Shown: positions 37,075 through 48,009 of the stretch, in pieces
Position numbering within the stretch: position 1 is the first letter of the stretch
How the letters are laid out: each line of letters begins with the position of its first letter
NCBI GenBank assembly: GCA_036517375.1
Contig: DATDWM010000018.1
Span: 9,004-73,003, forward strand
Length of the DNA stretch: 64,000 nucleotides
Source: Minisyncoccota bacterium
Lineage (GTDB): Bacteria; Patescibacteriota; Minisyncoccia; Phycocordibacterales; UBA9973
Reading direction: 5' to 3'
Translations under genes and position numbers: made by a program
Notes under the pieces: generated by a model
What the model saw: only the letters and a program-made list of their open reading frames with translations
Databases searched by the model: none
What the model was told of the DNA's origin: nothing

Positions 37075-38089
37075 TACAGCTTACATTATTTTCGGGGCTT
37101 CTGGAGACTTAGCTAAGAGGTATTTATTGCCTGCGCTCGCGAATATGAATTACGAGGGTATCATTGTTCCTATTTCACGCAAGGATTATGGGAATTTAAA
37201 AAAATTAATTCCGAGCGACGGGAATAAGATATTTCACCTAGCAATTCCTCCCAAGGGTGTGACAGAAGCTGTTCGATTAATCAGCGAGAACTTTGGTAAA
37301 GCAAATAATATTAAAATAATGCTAGAAAAACCTTTCGGTCAGGATTTAAAGTCCGCGCAAGATCTAGTAGAGCACGTAGACCAATATTTTAATGAAGATC
37401 AGATTTATCGCATTGATCACTACTTGGCTAAAAAATCTGTACAGGAAATTACTCGAACGGATTGGAATAAAAGTAATGTCCAAAGTATTGAAATTATAGC
37501 TAGTGAAAAAATAGGTATTGAAGGCCGGGTAAATTTTTATGAGCAGACTGGGGCACTGCGGGACTTTGTACAGAGCCACCTGCTCGAGCTCGTGGCAATT
37601 ATTTTAATGAAGGAGGGGGAAGAATCAGTGGCAGAGCGACGCCATACGGCTCTTCAGAATTTAGAAGTTGTCTGTGACATAACTTTACACGAATGTGTAA
37701 AAAGAGGACAATATGAGGGATACAGAGAGGAGGTTGGTAATCCCAAAAGCCTAACAGAGACCTTTGTATCCATAAATATGATTTCCAATGACCCTCTATG
37801 GCGTGGAATACCGATAACCATGGCTACCGGAAAGGCGCTACAAGAAAAATTTACACACATAAAGATAAAATATAAAAATGGAGGCATTAAAATTTTTAAT
37901 ATCGAACATGAACCAGATGCGTATGAGCATGTAATCGAGGCAGCCCTCGAGGATAAGCACAATTTATTTATCTCGAGCGGAGAAGTATTAGAGAGCTGGA
38001 GAATTCTGGATGCTGTGCAGGAGAGCTGGAAGCATTCTAAGGATGATTTGATAATCTATAAAAAAAATAGTAGTATAAACGATATCTAA
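37061..38089 (+). CDS. zwf: Glucose-6-phosphate 1-dehydrogenase, unusually short (343 aa)
   Basis: IIFGASGDLAKRYLLPAL, EKPFGQDL and RIDHYLAKK signature motifs in canonical order. The start at ATG 37061 overlaps the gnd stop by 14 nt. The ORF-track N-terminal extension is the gnd 3' end read in another frame. Confidence 0.8.
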   Translation: MENNSTAYIIFGASGDLAKRYLLPALANMNYEGIIVPISRKDYGNLKKLIPSDGNKIFHLAIPPKGVTEAVRLISENFGKANNIKIMLEKPFGQDLKSAQDLVEHVDQYFNEDQIYRIDHYLAKKSVQEITRTDWNKSNVQSIEIIASEKIGIEGRVNFYEQTGALRDFVQSHLLELVAIILMKEGEESVAERRHTALQNLEVVCDITLHECVKRGQYEGYREEVGNPKSLTETFVSINMISNDPLWRGIPITMATGKALQEKFTHIKIKYKNGGIKIFNIEHEPDAYEHVIEAALEDKHNLFISSGEVLESWRILDAVQESWKHSKDDLIIYKKNSSINDI

Positions 38090-38091
38090 TT

Positions 38092-39585
38092 ATGACGCCC
38101 AAAAAGGTTAAAAAATTAAGTCCGAAAATGTTAGGGCAAGGTCTTACTTTTGATGACGTTCTTCTCGTGCCTGGGTATAGTGAAGTATTACCAAAGGACG
38201 TCAGTACTAAGACTCGCCTTACAAAAAATATTACTCTCCACATTCCACTCATGTCTGCCGCCATGGATACAGTTACGGAAAGCGTTATGGCCATTGCCAT
38301 GGCTCAGCAAGGTGGCATCGGCATTATTCATAAAAATTTAGGAATAACTGACCAAGCCCGCGAAGTAGAACGCGTCAAGCGCTACGAATCCGGACGCATT
38401 GTAAATCCTATTACCTTACCTTTTAATGCAACAGTTGGGGATGCTCTTCGTGTTCAAAAAACTCATAACATCGGCGGGATTCCAATAGTGGATCAAGCAG
38501 GCGTACTTTTGGGCATTGTGACCAACAGAGATCTGCGCTTTGAAAGCTTAGATAAAAGTGAGAATATTCCGATTAAAGATATTATGACCACTAAACTCAT
38601 TACCGGTAGTCCAGACACTACTCTCCTAGAAGCAAATGATTTATTTAGGAAACACAGCATTGAGAAGCTCCCACTGATAGACAAAAACAAAAAGTTGGTT
38701 GGACTCATTACTTATCGAGACATGAGGAAAAGTAAAGCTTATCCAAATGCGACTAAAGATAAAGACGGTCGGCTCGCAGTCGGAGCAGCGGTGGGTACAG
38801 GCAAGGATGCGCTTCTGTGCGTACAAACTTTAGTGGAGGCTGGAGTGGATGTGGTATGTGTTGATACCGCGCACGGGCACTCTAGGGGTGTTCTAGAAGT
38901 TGTAAAAAATATAAGGAAAGAATTTCCTAAACTTGAAATAATTGCTGGTAATGTAGCGACAGGGGAAGCGGCTCTGGCACTTATCAAAGCAGGAGCAAAT
39001 GTAATTAAAGTTGGCATTGGTCCAGGTTCTATTTGTACGACCCGCATCGTCTCCGGTGTTGGGGTACCTCAACTCTCGGCAGTGGCGGATGTGTATAAAG
39101 TTTGTGGCCCGCTCGGAGTATCTGTTATCGCAGACGGTGGAGTGAAACACAGTGGAGACATTGTGAAGGCGCTTGTTTTCGGAGCAGATGTGGTGATGGC
39201 GGGTGGAGTATTTGCCGGTACTGATGAGTCACCAGGGGACACTATCGTCGTCAATGATCAAAAATATAAAAAGTACCGAGGCATGGGTTCCTTGGGCGCA
39301 ATGCAGAGAGGCTCGAAAGATAGATACTTCCAAGACGACCAATATGATCCAATCAAACTTGTACCCGAAGGCGTCTCCGGCCACGTGGCCTATAAGGGCG
39401 CAGTGGGAGAAGTAATACATCAATACATTGGCGGATTGCGAGCTGGCATGGGTTACTTAGGTGCTAAGGAAATAAATTCCCTGCGCGGTGCTTCTTTTTA
39501 TACAATTACTTCCGCAGGACTAAATGAAAGTCACGTACACGATATTTTTATGGTCGCCCCCACTCCTAATTATAAAAAACAATGA
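38092..39585 (+). CDS. guaB: IMP dehydrogenase with CBS pair
   Basis: [22 protein letters not shown] region, catalytic-loop [19 protein letters not shown]. 497 aa. Confidence 0.9.
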   Translation: MTPKKVKKLSPKMLGQGLTFDDVLLVPGYSEVLPKDVSTKTRLTKNITLHIPLMSAAMDTVTESVMAIAMAQQGGIGIIHKNLGITDQAREVERVKRYESGRIVNPITLPFNATVGDALRVQKTHNIGGIPIVDQAGVLLGIVTNRDLRFESLDKSENIPIKDIMTTKLITGSPDTTLLEANDLFRKHSIEKLPLIDKNKKLVGLITYRDMRKSKAYPNATKDKDGRLAVGAAVGTGKDALLCVQTLVEAGVDVVCVDTAHGHSRGVLEVVKNIRKEFPKLEIIAGNVATGEAALALIKAGANVIKVGIGPGSICTTRIVSGVGVPQLSAVADVYKVCGPLGVSVIADGGVKHSGDIVKALVFGADVVMAGGVFAGTDESPGDTIVVNDQKYKKYRGMGSLGAMQRGSKDRYFQDDQYDPIKLVPEGVSGHVAYKGAVGEVIHQYIGGLRAGMGYLGAKEINSLRGASFYTITSAGLNESHVHDIFMVAPTPNYKKQ

Positions 39586-40967
39586 AAATAAAAAGCATGA
39601 TCATGCCTATTATCGGACTCCAGTGGGGAGACGAGGGTAAGGGCAAGGGAGTTGCGCGCATTGCCTCAAATTTAAAAAAGGAAGATCTGATTGTAAGGTT
39701 CCAGGGTGGTAACAACGCCGGGCATACTATCTGGCATAAAAGTATTTGTTATGTTTTTCACCTTATACCTTCTGGAGTCTTCGGCCAAGCGCAAATACAT
39801 CTAGGAGCCGGGATGGTCATTGATCCATCTGCACTCCAGAAAGAAACACTGACGATCCCCCCTGGTGTATCTTTTATGAATCGCATGTCAGTCTCACCGC
39901 ACGCCATACTCACTATGCCGACACACTTGATTCTAGACTCTATCTCTGAGCGAACCCGCGGTAAGAAAAAGATCGGCTCTACCGGTAAAGGTATTTCACC
40001 CTCTTATACTGACCTCACTCTTAGGCGAGCGCTGAGGGTTGGAGATATTTTTAATAATGACTTTCAAAAAAAATACACGGAACTTCGCAACGAACACAAA
40101 AGAACACTACTCAAAGACTTTGGACACGAAGTAGGTGCAAAAGAATTAAAAGAGAAGGAAGCTAATTTTTTCAAAGGAATTAAATTTCTGAAGTCGCTTG
40201 CGGTCACAGACTCAGCAGAGATAGTCTCAAGAGCATTGTCTCGGGGCAGGAAGGTAATAGCCGAAGGCGCGCAGGGAGCACTACTTGATGTCCGCTTTGG
40301 ACACTATCCGTATGTTACTTCTTCCCACACGATTGCGAGCGGAGTGGGTACTGGGCTCGGTATTCCGCCTTCATACATTGGAGGTGCGATTGGAATTTTT
40401 AAAGCCTACACCACCAAGGTGGGTGAAGGCCCTTTCCCGACAGAACTCGGAGGTCTCACGTCTGCAGTCTGGTGTCGCGACAAAAAGATGGTGGATGAAA
40501 AAGCAAAGTTTCCACTGCCCGACCCAGACAGCAAGAGTGAATTTGAGCAAGGTGTGGCTCTCCGAAGAATGGGAAATGAAATCGGCGCAACCACAGGTAG
40601 ACTTCGCCGCACAGGCTGGGTGGATATTCCGCTTCTTCAGTACGCGATAGAAATGAACAACGTTACAGAATTAGTTTTGACCAAGCTTGATGTATTAAGT
40701 GGTTTTAAAAATATAAAAGTTTGTACTTCTTATAAAATAAATAACAAAGAGACAGAAAAAATTCCTTTTGATCTCTCTCGGGTAAATGTAAAACCAGTCT
40801 ATAAAACATTCCCCATCTGGGAGGGAAAACTCTCGGATTATGGAAATAAATTGCCTAAGGAAGCTCTTACGTATGTTAAATTTTTGGAAAAAACTCTAGG
40901 CGCAAAAATAATCTACGTCGGCACGGGGCCAGAGGAACACCATGTAGTAGAGCGGAATTGGAAATAA
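39582..40967 (+). CDS. purA: Adenylosuccinate synthetase
   Basis: QWGDEGKGK P-loop, GNNAGHT, and TTGRLRRTGW near the C-terminus. 461 aa. Confidence 0.9.
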   Translation: MKIKSMIMPIIGLQWGDEGKGKGVARIASNLKKEDLIVRFQGGNNAGHTIWHKSICYVFHLIPSGVFGQAQIHLGAGMVIDPSALQKETLTIPPGVSFMNRMSVSPHAILTMPTHLILDSISERTRGKKKIGSTGKGISPSYTDLTLRRALRVGDIFNNDFQKKYTELRNEHKRTLLKDFGHEVGAKELKEKEANFFKGIKFLKSLAVTDSAEIVSRALSRGRKVIAEGAQGALLDVRFGHYPYVTSSHTIASGVGTGLGIPPSYIGGAIGIFKAYTTKVGEGPFPTELGGLTSAVWCRDKKMVDEKAKFPLPDPDSKSEFEQGVALRRMGNEIGATTGRLRRTGWVDIPLLQYAIEMNNVTELVLTKLDVLSGFKNIKVCTSYKINNKETEKIPFDLSRVNVKPVYKTFPIWEGKLSDYGNKLPKEALTYVKFLEKTLGAKIIYVGTGPEEHHVVERNWK

Positions 40968-41013
40968 AAACCATGAATTTGTCTTTAGTATATATATACG
41001 ATAATATAACTGT

Positions 41014-43956
41014 ATGATTTCCCGGATATATGTAGCGCCTAGAAGTTCTGATATTCGAGGGGGGCAAATTGACTCTTATCTTCTGGAACACGAGCTTACT
41101 CCGGAAATGCTCATTTTAGTTGGCCGCGCGCTTGCAAATCCTATCACGGAAAACTTCTCAATAAACAAACTACCTAAAGTAAAACCATTTAGTTATGCTA
41201 TAGAAATTGGTTTCAAGCCCGGGGTCACCGACAATGTCGGACATACAACTCGGGAGACCATTATTGATTTACTACACCTAGAGAACGGGGAGAATTTGAG
41301 TGTTTATTCTTCCAAAATTTTTTTAATTTCTAAATCTATCAAAATGGAAGCAGTAAAGAAACTCGCACTGTCTCTCTATAATCCATTGATAGAAACAGCA
41401 TATATCACCACCCTTGAAGCCATAAGAAAGGAGAACAACTTTCCTTTAAAAATTCCCCAAGTTATTCTAGAAAAAAGGACTTCTATTGTTAATGTTCCTT
41501 TAGCTGTCTCTGACGAAGAGCTTATCAAGATTGGCAGAGAAGGAATAGTAGACGACAACGGAAGCCGCCGAGGACCCTTAGCGCTTGACCTTGACTCAAT
41601 GAACGCCATTGCCGAATATTTCGTAAAATTACGTAGAGATCCGACTGATATAGAACTCGAGTCCTTAGCCCAGACCTGGAGCGAGCATTGTAAACATACA
41701 ATTTTTGCCAATCCGATAGACAACATTAAGGATGGTTTATACAAGACGTATATTAAGGGCGCCACAAATTTAATCAGGAAGAAACTAGGTAGGAAAGATT
41801 TCTGCGTATCTGTTTTTAAAGACAACTCCGGGGCTATCGGTTTCGATGAAGAATTTTTAATCACCCATAAAGTAGAAACTCACAACAGTCCTTCGGCGCT
41901 TGACCCCTACGGCGGAGCCATTACTGGTATTGTTGGGGTAAATCGTGACTGTCTCGGATTTGGCTTAGGTGCTAAGCCCGTAGCCAACACGTATGGATTT
42001 TGTTTTGGCGAACCAGAAGACACTAGGCCACTATTTCGGGATAAAAATATGACTCAAAAGATGTTCCCGCCGAAACGTATTATGGAAGGCGTGATCAAAG
42101 GCATCAATACGGGCGGGAATTGTTCCGGCATTCCTACAATTTCCGGATTTGTGCGTTATGACGATAGATATCGGGGCAAACCGCTAGTTTTCGCAGGGAC
42201 GGTGGGACTCATTCCAAGAACAATAAATAATTTACCTTCTCACGAAAAGAGCGCCAAAGCTGGAGACTATATTGTGGTGGTAGGTGGCAGGGTCGGCGCT
42301 GATGGTATCCATGGCGCTACTTTTTCATCCGTTGTCATGGACTCATCTTCTCCGGCAACAGCGGTGCAAATTGGCGACCCGATAACTCAAAAGAAATTTA
42401 GTGATGCGATAGTCAAGGAAGCGCGCGGAATGAATTTGTACAACAGCATCACGGATAACGGCGCCGGAGGAATTTCCTGCTCGGTGGCAGAAATGGCAAA
42501 GGAGTGCGACGGAGCTACAGTTAATTTGGAAAAAGTGCCACTAAAATATCCAGGTCTGCGACCTTGGGAAATTTGGATTTCCGAATCCCAAGAACGTATG
42601 ACTCTAGCCGTGCCACCGAAAAAGTGGCCAGTATTTAGCGCCCTAATGCAGAGCCGGGGAGTAGAAGCCACTGTGATAGGTGAGTTCAATAATTCCGGAA
42701 AATGTGTGGTGAAATGGGAAAGCAAAGTTATTATGGATTTAGAACTTGAATTTTTACACAACGGCTTACCTCAAAAACAGCTAACCACAACCCCGCATCA
42801 AAATAAATTCTCTGAGCCTAAACTCCCGTCTGGATTCTCTCGTACCAAAGTCTTTGAAGAATTACTCGGAAATAATAATATCTCAAGCTTCTCTTTTATT
42901 TCAGAGCAATACGACCACGAGGTTCAGGCATCTTCGGTTTTAAAACCACTCTCGGGTAGAGGAATGATAAACACTGAGGCACAAGTTTTCAAGCCAGTAC
43001 TTTCTTCCAACAAAGGAGTAGTGCTCGCTTCTGGCCTGTGTCCTTCCTACTCTGACATTAGTACGTATAGTATGGCAGCAGCGGCCCTCGATACTGCTGT
43101 GCGTAATACTGTTGCCGCCGGGGGCACACTCGGGGAACTCGCTATTTTAGACAATTTCTGTTGGTGCTCATCCTATGATAAAACTAGGCTTGCGGAGCTT
43201 GTGGACGCACTCAAGGCCTGCTACGACGGGGCTCTGGCCTATAGCACGCCTTTCATCTCCGGCAAGGATAGTATGTTTAATGACTTCCAAGGATATGATG
43301 AAAAAGGGAAACCTGTAAAGATTTCTATCCCACCTACACTACTTATCTCTGCGATAAGCGTAATGCCGGATATTTATAAAACAGTTTCGCCGGAATTTAA
43401 AAACGCTGGAGATGTAATTTATTTATTAGGAGAGACGAATGATGAGTTAGGAGCTTCTGAGTATTACAAGCTACTTGCTAAGCATGAGAAAAATAATGCT
43501 ATTGGAAATAAAGTACCGCAGGTAAATTTCAAGAAAAATCTGAAAACTTATTTAGCCTTAGAGGAAGTTATCGAAAAAGAACTCCTGGTTTCCTCTCTGT
43601 CAGTTTCTTCCGGAGGGTTAAGTGTTGCTTTAGCTAAATCATCTGTAGGTGGAATGCTTGGATGTAATATTAGTCTCGAGAATTTATCAGGAACCCTCTA
43701 CGGAGGAGACTCCTCCGTAGACTCCGTAGTAGATGCCAAGCTCTTTTCTGAAAGCCAAGGCCGGATCCTGGTTTCCGTCTCACCTAAGAATATTTTAAGG
43801 TTCAAGAAAACAATGAGAGGAATTCCATACACCGAGCTTGGGAAAGTTTCTAAAGATGGAAAAGTTGTAGTAATGGACGGCAAAAACAAGGTAGTCGAAA
43901 GTGCAGTCAAAAAATTACGAGATATTTATCATGCAATGTCTCAAAGAATGAAATGA
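41014..43956 (+). CDS. purL: Phosphoribosylformylglycinamidine synthase subunit PurL with an N-terminal PurS-like extension (PurS-PurL fusion)
   Basis: 980 aa. Residues about 50-130 (FSYAIEIGFKPGVTDNVGHTTRETIIDLL...) resemble PurS. They are followed by the PurL AIR-synthase-related domains (SEHCKHTIF, DNGAGG, etc.). Confidence 0.85.
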   Translation: MISRIYVAPRSSDIRGGQIDSYLLEHELTPEMLILVGRALANPITENFSINKLPKVKPFSYAIEIGFKPGVTDNVGHTTRETIIDLLHLENGENLSVYSSKIFLISKSIKMEAVKKLALSLYNPLIETAYITTLEAIRKENNFPLKIPQVILEKRTSIVNVPLAVSDEELIKIGREGIVDDNGSRRGPLALDLDSMNAIAEYFVKLRRDPTDIELESLAQTWSEHCKHTIFANPIDNIKDGLYKTYIKGATNLIRKKLGRKDFCVSVFKDNSGAIGFDEEFLITHKVETHNSPSALDPYGGAITGIVGVNRDCLGFGLGAKPVANTYGFCFGEPEDTRPLFRDKNMTQKMFPPKRIMEGVIKGINTGGNCSGIPTISGFVRYDDRYRGKPLVFAGTVGLIPRTINNLPSHEKSAKAGDYIVVVGGRVGADGIHGATFSSVVMDSSSPATAVQIGDPITQKKFSDAIVKEARGMNLYNSITDNGAGGISCSVAEMAKECDGATVNLEKVPLKYPGLRPWEIWISESQERMTLAVPPKKWPVFSALMQSRGVEATVIGEFNNSGKCVVKWESKVIMDLELEFLHNGLPQKQLTTTPHQNKFSEPKLPSGFSRTKVFEELLGNNNISSFSFISEQYDHEVQASSVLKPLSGRGMINTEAQVFKPVLSSNKGVVLASGLCPSYSDISTYSMAAAALDTAVRNTVAAGGTLGELAILDNFCWCSSYDKTRLAELVDALKACYDGALAYSTPFISGKDSMFNDFQGYDEKGKPVKISIPPTLLISAISVMPDIYKTVSPEFKNAGDVIYLLGETNDELGASEYYKLLAKHEKNNAIGNKVPQVNFKKNLKTYLALEEVIEKELLVSSLSVSSGGLSVALAKSSVGGMLGCNISLENLSGTLYGGDSSVDSVVDAKLFSESQGRILVSVSPKNILRFKKTMRGIPYTELGKVSKDGKVVVMDGKNKVVESAVKKLRDIYHAMSQRMK

Positions 43957-44720
43957 GTAAGAAAAATAAAAAACCAAAAGTAATCATTTTGTCTGGGTAC
44001 GGACTCAATTGTGAAGAGGAAACGAAGTTTGCCTTTGAACAAGCAGGGGGTGTGGCTGACATTGTACACATTAATGACCTAATCGCAGGACCTAAAATAC
44101 TCGCGGAGTATAGCATCATGGCTTTTCCGGGAGGATTTTCCTACGGAGATGACACTGGTAGTGGAAAAGCTTATGCTAATAAATTTAAAAATCATCTAGC
44201 TCAAGAATTAGAAGAATTCCTTTCCCGCGACACCCTCGTTATTGGTATTTGTAATGGTTTTCAAATTATTACAAATTTAGGAATTTTACCTGGAGCTTTA
44301 ACCTACAACAGTGGTGGAAAATATTTAGATAGGTGGGTGGACCTCGAAGTTACTGGCAGGAGTCCCTGGCTTACAGGTATAAAAAAGATCTCTGTGCCAA
44401 TAGCGCACGGGGAAGGAAGATACATGCTAAGTGAAAAGGAATACAAAGCTCTGAGTAGAAAAAAGCAGATAGTGCTGAAGTATACAAAACGCACAATTTG
44501 TGAATTTCAAAACTTAGAAGCCAACCCAAATGGTTCTACACATGACATCGCGGGCGTATGTGCGTATAATGGGAGAGTGCTCGGGCTCATGCCACACCCA
44601 GAGAGAGCGATGTTCGCGCATCAGAGTCCAATGTGGCAGAAAAATAAGAAGCGGACGGAAAAGTGGGGAGACGGATTAATTATTTTTAAAAACGCGATTA
44701 AATATTTTAAAACCCGGTAG
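43953..44720 (+). CDS. purQ: Phosphoribosylformylglycinamidine synthase glutaminase subunit PurQ
   Basis: Class I GATase: GICNGFQ catalytic Cys, and His/Glu near the C-terminus (MPHPER). Overlaps the purL stop by 4 nt. Confidence 0.85.
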   Translation: MSKKNKKPKVIILSGYGLNCEEETKFAFEQAGGVADIVHINDLIAGPKILAEYSIMAFPGGFSYGDDTGSGKAYANKFKNHLAQELEEFLSRDTLVIGICNGFQIITNLGILPGALTYNSGGKYLDRWVDLEVTGRSPWLTGIKKISVPIAHGEGRYMLSEKEYKALSRKKQIVLKYTKRTICEFQNLEANPNGSTHDIAGVCAYNGRVLGLMPHPERAMFAHQSPMWQKNKKRTEKWGDGLIIFKNAIKYFKTR

Positions 44721-44746
44721 GTAATTCTACTGAGTAAATAATAAAT

Positions 44747-46147
44747 ATGGAAGATAAAGGAGAAAAATGCGGTATCGTAGGCATATACGGCAAGAAATTA
44801 GAAGTTTCTCGCTTGGCATTTTTCGGACTGTTTGCGCTTCAACACCGAGGCCAAGAAGCCTCAGGCATTACTACTAACAATGGGAGCAAGCTACTTACTC
44901 ACAAGGGCGTGGGTTTGGTGGCCCAAGTTTATACGGAAGAAGCTATTAAATTCCTAAAAGGCAACATTGCTGTGGGTCACAATAGATATTCAACCTCAGG
45001 CGGAGGCGCCCTGGAACACGCTCAGCCAGTTGTAAATAAGGAAGAATTGTTTGCCCTAGCGCACAATGGCAATCTTCCTTCCGTGAAAGCGCTACAGGAT
45101 TTCCTCTCTTCCAAAGGAGTTTTAGAACAAAATCGTTCCGACTCAGAACTCATCACGGACGCAATAGATTTTTATTTAAAAGAGAATGTTGCTCTGCCAG
45201 AAGCCATTAGAAAAGTATTTCCACTTATTACCGGTGCCTTTGCATTAGTTATGATGGATCAGAATACCTTAGTAGCAGTACGAGACACTTATGGTATGCG
45301 TCCGCTCTCAATAGGCACTCTAAAAGATGGAACTTATATTATTGCTTCTGAAACTTGCGCGCTCGAAACCCTTGGCGCAAAATTTGAAAGGGATGTGTTG
45401 CCGGGAGAAATGATAGTGATAAATAAAAGCGGGCTTGCGAGTGTCACGCTCGCCAAAGCCAATCCCAAACACGATATTTTCGAATATGTTTACTTTGCTA
45501 GGCCGGATAGTGTCATGAACGGAAAATTAGTTTATGAAGTGCGTCGGAACTTTGGGGTTACCTTGGCAGAGGAAATATCTTTAGATGTAGACATAGTGGT
45601 ACCAGTGCCAGACACAGCGGTGCCAGTAGCCATAGGTTATAGTGAAGGGACCAAAATCCCCATTGAAATGGCTCTGGTTAAAAATAGATACGTGCATCGA
45701 ACATTTATTGAACCAGACAGAAAATCTCGCCAGAAAAGCGTGGCGCTCAAGCTTATTCCTCTCCGGGAGATGTTGAAAGGGAAAAGAATTGCCTTAGTGG
45801 ACGACTCTATTGTACGCGGAACTACTAGTCAAAAGTTAATCAAAACAATATTTGACGCTGGAGCTAAAGAGGTACATTTTATTATTTCTTCACCGCCAGT
45901 TCGTTTCCCGAACTTTTATGGCATCGACACTCCGAAACAAAAAGATTTAATTGCTTCCACAAAAACAGTAGAGGAAATTCGTAAATTCCTCGGTGCCACC
46001 TCACTCCATTTTTTATCTTTAGATGGACTTATTAAATCAGTCGGCTTACCTCGGGAGCATTTATGTACTTCATTTTTTAATGGAGAGTACCCGATAGATT
46101 TACTAGAGCGAATAAGTGAAGTAAGTTATGACGTCCCAAAAGAGTAA
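44747..46147 (+). CDS. purF: Amidophosphoribosyltransferase
   Basis: N-terminal nucleophile CGIVGIYG and a PRTase motif VDDSIVRGTT. 466 aa. Confidence 0.9.
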   Translation: MEDKGEKCGIVGIYGKKLEVSRLAFFGLFALQHRGQEASGITTNNGSKLLTHKGVGLVAQVYTEEAIKFLKGNIAVGHNRYSTSGGGALEHAQPVVNKEELFALAHNGNLPSVKALQDFLSSKGVLEQNRSDSELITDAIDFYLKENVALPEAIRKVFPLITGAFALVMMDQNTLVAVRDTYGMRPLSIGTLKDGTYIIASETCALETLGAKFERDVLPGEMIVINKSGLASVTLAKANPKHDIFEYVYFARPDSVMNGKLVYEVRRNFGVTLAEEISLDVDIVVPVPDTAVPVAIGYSEGTKIPIEMALVKNRYVHRTFIEPDRKSRQKSVALKLIPLREMLKGKRIALVDDSIVRGTTSQKLIKTIFDAGAKEVHFIISSPPVRFPNFYGIDTPKQKDLIASTKTVEEIRKFLGATSLHFLSLDGLIKSVGLPREHLCTSFFNGEYPIDLLERISEVSYDVPKE

Positions 46148-46688
46148 AAAAAAGTTAGCACTTTTGGTTCACGAGGGGAGTACTCAAACCAACCGGAAAG
46201 CAATTGAACACGCGATCAATGAAGAAAGAATAGATGCTCTGATTTCTGTGGTAGTTTCCGATATAGAAGACCCTGTACCAGTACTTGAGAGAGTCTCGCC
46301 TGACTATATATGCCTCGCTGGTTGGAAGAAAATTATACCTCTAGAAACAGTAAAGAAATATGAAGATCGAATCTTAAACATTCATCCGGGCTTAATTCCA
46401 GACACAAAAGATGGAAATGTCCTAAACCCTGACAACACGATAGCTTTATGGAACAAAGGAATGTATGGCGATAAGGCGATTCAGAACTTTCTGGATCAAA
46501 GGTCAACTTATGCTGGCTCCTCCATCCACTTTTTAACTCTTGATTTTGATTTTGGGCCGGTACTTGATAGAACATTTGAGGAAATAAAGGAAGGGGATAC
46601 AGTGGAATCTTTGTATGCTAGACTAAAGAAAAAAGAAAATGAATTATATGTAGAAGTTTTAGAAAGATTATGTCGAGATGCAAAATAA
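46128..46688 (+). CDS. purN: Phosphoribosylglycinamide formyltransferase-like (formyl-transferase fold)
   Basis: LAGWKKIIP...ILNIHPGLIP is the formyltransferase catalytic region. The N-terminal folate-binding loop is diverged. 186 aa. Confidence 0.6.
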   Translation: MTSQKSKKKLALLVHEGSTQTNRKAIEHAINEERIDALISVVVSDIEDPVPVLERVSPDYICLAGWKKIIPLETVKKYEDRILNIHPGLIPDTKDGNVLNPDNTIALWNKGMYGDKAIQNFLDQRSTYAGSSIHFLTLDFDFGPVLDRTFEEIKEGDTVESLYARLKKKENELYVEVLERLCRDAK

Positions 46689-47970
46689 ATTAAAAATTTT
46701 AATAATTGGAGGAGGCGGTAGGGAACACGCTATTGGCTGGAAAGTAGCAAAGTCTCCTAGGGCCGGTGAAATTTTCTTCGCGCCGGGAAATGCTGGAACA
46801 GCTCAAATTGGTAAAAACATAGAGATAGTTGCTACTGATATTGCTAAACTTATAGAATTTGCTAAAAGGGAACAAATAGACCTAACTTTAGCCTTACCAG
46901 ATGACCCACTGGCTATGGGTATTGTTGACGAGTTCCAAAAGGTAGGATTACGCATCTGGGGGCCTACTAAAGCCGCCGCAGAGCTAGAATGGTCTAAGGC
47001 TTTTTCTAAAAATTTCATGGAAAAGCACAACTTGCCAACAGCTAAATTTAAAACTTTTACCCAATACGAGGAAGCTAAACAATATTTAAGTGAACAAAGT
47101 ATGCCAATAGTCATTAAGGCGAGTGGCCTGGCCCTAGGTAAGGGAGTAGTGATTTGCCAGAGCCCAGAGGAGGCACAAGCGGCTCTCGAAGACATGATGC
47201 TTAAAAAATCCTTCGGCAACGCCGGTATGGAAGTCGTGATTGAAGAATTCTTAGACGGTACTGAAATTTCAGTCCATGCATTTTCGGATGGTAAAACATT
47301 TAAAATGTTTCCGCCTTCTCAAGACCATAAAAAGATAGGTGAAGAAGATACGGGTCCTAACACTGGGGGTATCGGCACGATAAGCCCGCTACCGTTTGTG
47401 CATAGTGTTTTATTAAAAGAAATTGAAGATAAGATTGTGGCGCCTACAATTGCCGCCATGATGAAGGAAAGCAAACCATTCCAGGGAGTTATTTATCCGG
47501 GGCTAATGCTATCTCACGGTCATCTGAAAATTCTAGAGTACAATGCGCGCCTTGGAGATCCAGAAACTCAGACATATATGCGCTTACTCGAAACAGATAT
47601 TTTAGATATCTTTGACGCTTGCATAGATCAAAAATTATCAGAACTTGAAATAAAATGGAGTCACTTATCCGCATGTACCATCATTCTTACTTCGGCAGGT
47701 TATCCGGGTAACTATGAAAAGGGGGAAGTTATTACGGGCATAGAAACTGCGGAAAAGAATTCCAATGTAGTCGTATTCCATGCTGGAACGAAGTTGAATG
47801 AGAGTGGAAGTTTGGTTACAAATGGTGGGCGAGTGCTCGGGGTAAGTGCTACCGGCTCCACTCTCAAGATAGCTCTAGCCACAGCCTATGAGGCAATTTC
47901 TAAAATACATTTCGAAGGAATTTACTACCGGAGAGATATCGGTAAAAAATCCCTAACACAAAGAAAATAA
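46678..47970 (+). CDS. purD: Phosphoribosylamine--glycine ligase
   Basis: MKILIIGGGGREHAIGWKVAKSP N-terminus and an ATP-grasp core. 430 aa. Confidence 0.9.
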   Translation: MQNKLKILIIGGGGREHAIGWKVAKSPRAGEIFFAPGNAGTAQIGKNIEIVATDIAKLIEFAKREQIDLTLALPDDPLAMGIVDEFQKVGLRIWGPTKAAAELEWSKAFSKNFMEKHNLPTAKFKTFTQYEEAKQYLSEQSMPIVIKASGLALGKGVVICQSPEEAQAALEDMMLKKSFGNAGMEVVIEEFLDGTEISVHAFSDGKTFKMFPPSQDHKKIGEEDTGPNTGGIGTISPLPFVHSVLLKEIEDKIVAPTIAAMMKESKPFQGVIYPGLMLSHGHLKILEYNARLGDPETQTYMRLLETDILDIFDACIDQKLSELEIKWSHLSACTIILTSAGYPGNYEKGEVITGIETAEKNSNVVVFHAGTKLNESGSLVTNGGRVLGVSATGSTLKIALATAYEAISKIHFEGIYYRRDIGKKSLTQRK

Positions 47971-48009
47971 ATACTTTCCTTTATTTTTCAAAAATGATAA
48001 TATAATTTC

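Noticed and set aside
41376-42761. Minus-strand ORFs of 162 and 124 aa inside purL
   Set aside because: Antisense to a clearly recognisable PurL. No motifs.
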